64,000 bases of DNA, taken from contig OZ336878.1 of the NCBI GenBank assembly GCA_965287045.1, positions 96,782,001 to 96,846,000 on the forward strand, given 5' to 3'. The stretch comes from Carcharhinus amblyrhynchos (taxonomy: Eukaryota). The notes beneath the pieces were generated by a model. The model saw nothing but the letters and a program-made list of their open reading frames with translations. It was not told where the DNA came from and ran no database searches. The position numbers and the translations under genes were made by a program. Positions within the stretch are counted from its first letter, which is position 1. Every line of letters starts with the position of its first letter. This document shows, piece by piece, positions 62,181 through 64,000 of the stretch.

Positions 62181-63971
62181 CTGCAATAAGAATAGAAATG
62201 AAGTTAACTGACATTAAGCAAGAACATATGCATAACACGGATGTAAATATTCTAATCCATACCTAAAAATGCGTTTTCTGTAATGCACATAGTACACCTG
62301 GAACCTGAGGCAAATTGATTTCGCTTGTTTCATTTATATTCCCATGCCTCATACCTCTAACTGATTTGAATCACATCTACAAAATTCCAGGTAAAGCCTG
62401 AAGCATTTCAGATTTTAATGTCTCCAAATATTTACGTAAATTCTGCTGGCCGAAATAAGCTAATCCTTCAAGCTCACCCAAAATGATCATATAGAAAAAG
62501 CCACAAACTCCATGTATGTTGCAGTATTACTTTGTGATTTTTTTTAAAAAATCCTGAGTTGCAAGCAGAATAGTATCAGAATTTAAACTATCCTATTTAT
62601 TCTGGAGTTGGTTTTGCCAAGTCTAATGGACTTATCACGAAGAAGCATTTTAATTCACATGATTGACCAGACCAGCGTCGGCCGCACGATATAGACTTGC
62701 ATAAACACCTCTGTATAATGCAGGACCTGAAATTTCCCCAGAAAATTTTCCTGATGGAACGATAAAAATCAGTTCAATGCTATTATATCAGCCTGATCAC
62801 GTTTGTTTTGTGAGAAATCACAAAGTGATCAGAGTGAATAGAAATTTTGTGTGCACGAATGATAATCTTTACCATAGGAGACACATTTCAGGTCTTAGAC
62901 AAAGTCAGAATGATGGTCAGGGGTAATCACCCCTTAGTGTCCAAAGACGTTAAGGTTAAATTGCTTGACGATGTGTGGGATGATGAATATAGGGTACATA
63001 AGGGATGTGCTTGACATGCCCTTTCGAAAAGTCAGTGCAGACTAGTTTGACCGAATATCCTTATAAAGCACTCGAGGGATTATATGGTTTTAAGCATTGC
63101 AGTGACAATGTGAGCAAGTGTGCTTCATATTTAAGACATTGGAATTGTCTGAAACTCCCAACACATGTGGCCAGTGAAAAAAAATCAAATGTTTCAAGTG
63201 AAATGTGAATGATTACTTGCAAGATAAAGTGTCGTGATTTGTTTGTAGATCTGTAGAATCTGGTTGAATAGATTACTCAACAGAGATCTATCATGGACAA
63301 GGGCTGTATAGCTTCCAATGTCATCAACGCGATTACAACACTACATGCCTGCTGTTCTATTTTCAACAACAATATACTAAACTTTACTTTGTTTAGTTTC
63401 CCTTGAACAGCCATCGAAAATCCCTTGTCAATTGTTCTGCTTTGTCTGCATGACTGAGAGTCTAACGTCTCAAGATTACTGTTTTTTTTTATCTGAACCC
63501 CTGAAAATGAGGAAGAAATACTTAAAACGTTTCGTAAATTATTTTACCTTCAAAACATCCCAGTTACTTGGAGCGATTTGAATAATACAGATTTAGATTT
63601 TTTGGAGAGCAGACCCTTAAAATGATGTAGGACTTGGAAGGCAATAATTTGACTACTTCCTTCCGGAAGTCACAGACATTCAGTCAACAGCGCTTCTCAG
63701 CCAACTTTGCAGAATATTTCTTAATATTCCCACGATTGTGAAGCTGCAAATACTGATAAATTGTCTTATAGTAGACGTCTGGTGAACTCACAACCTTGGC
63801 ATTTCATTCACCGTCTTTACCTGATACTTTGAGTGCCAGTTGTATTGTGCTACGACACACAAATGTGCCAAGCAAATCACGATAATCAACAACAACATTT
63901 CACTGCCAGTAGGAGGTGTGACATAGACAAATGCAATGACAGATCAATACAAATTACATATAGATACTTAC

Positions 63972-64000
63972 CTGGAACACCAATTATTGCAAGGATAGGG
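63972..64000 (-). CDS. Paralog 3 exon 1, 3' part (..PILAIIGVP), cut by the window edge
   Basis: Minus c cct atc ctt gca ata att ggt gtt cca g|gtaagt; the phase-1 donor matches the exon 2 acceptor; intron 62181-63971. Confidence 0.9.

Noticed and set aside
62181-62238. N-terminus MLCICSCLMS... of the 324-aa ORF (and MFLA of ORF 18086)
   Set aside because: Intronic read-through upstream of the acceptor; true first exons were found at 63972-64000 and 14805-14874.

Overview
Eukaryotic, repeat-rich genomic DNA, most likely from a cartilaginous fish. This is inferred from the HE1-type tRNA-derived SINEs, CR1 and Rex/Babar LINEs, Penelope ends and the receptor family present. The only host genes I can support are three paralogous two-exon class A GPCRs of the GPR139/GPR142-like type: gene 1 (minus, exons 6504-6566 and 272-1200, with an apparent 1-bp frameshift in exon 1), gene 2 (plus, exons 14805-14874 and 18099-18991, intact, 320 aa) and gene 3 (minus, exons 63972 to beyond 64000 and 61264-62180). 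All three share a phase-1 intron after 'GVP'. The rest is a nested mosaic of mobile DNA. The most notable pieces are (i) a decayed endogenous retrovirus 3' half (about 27100-31420, minus) whose env, reassembled across frameshifts and a CR1 insertion, has a paramyxo/pneumovirus-F-like layout rather than a gamma-type one; (ii) a young 321-bp Penelope-derived insertion (51481-51801) with a 14-bp target-site duplication and three intact minimal hammerhead ribozyme motifs; and (iii) a motif shared just upstream of the TATA box of two receptors that resembles an O/E (EBF) site, hinting at a chemosensory receptor family. All calls come from reading the sequence by eye; repeat boundaries are approximate and no database search was run.
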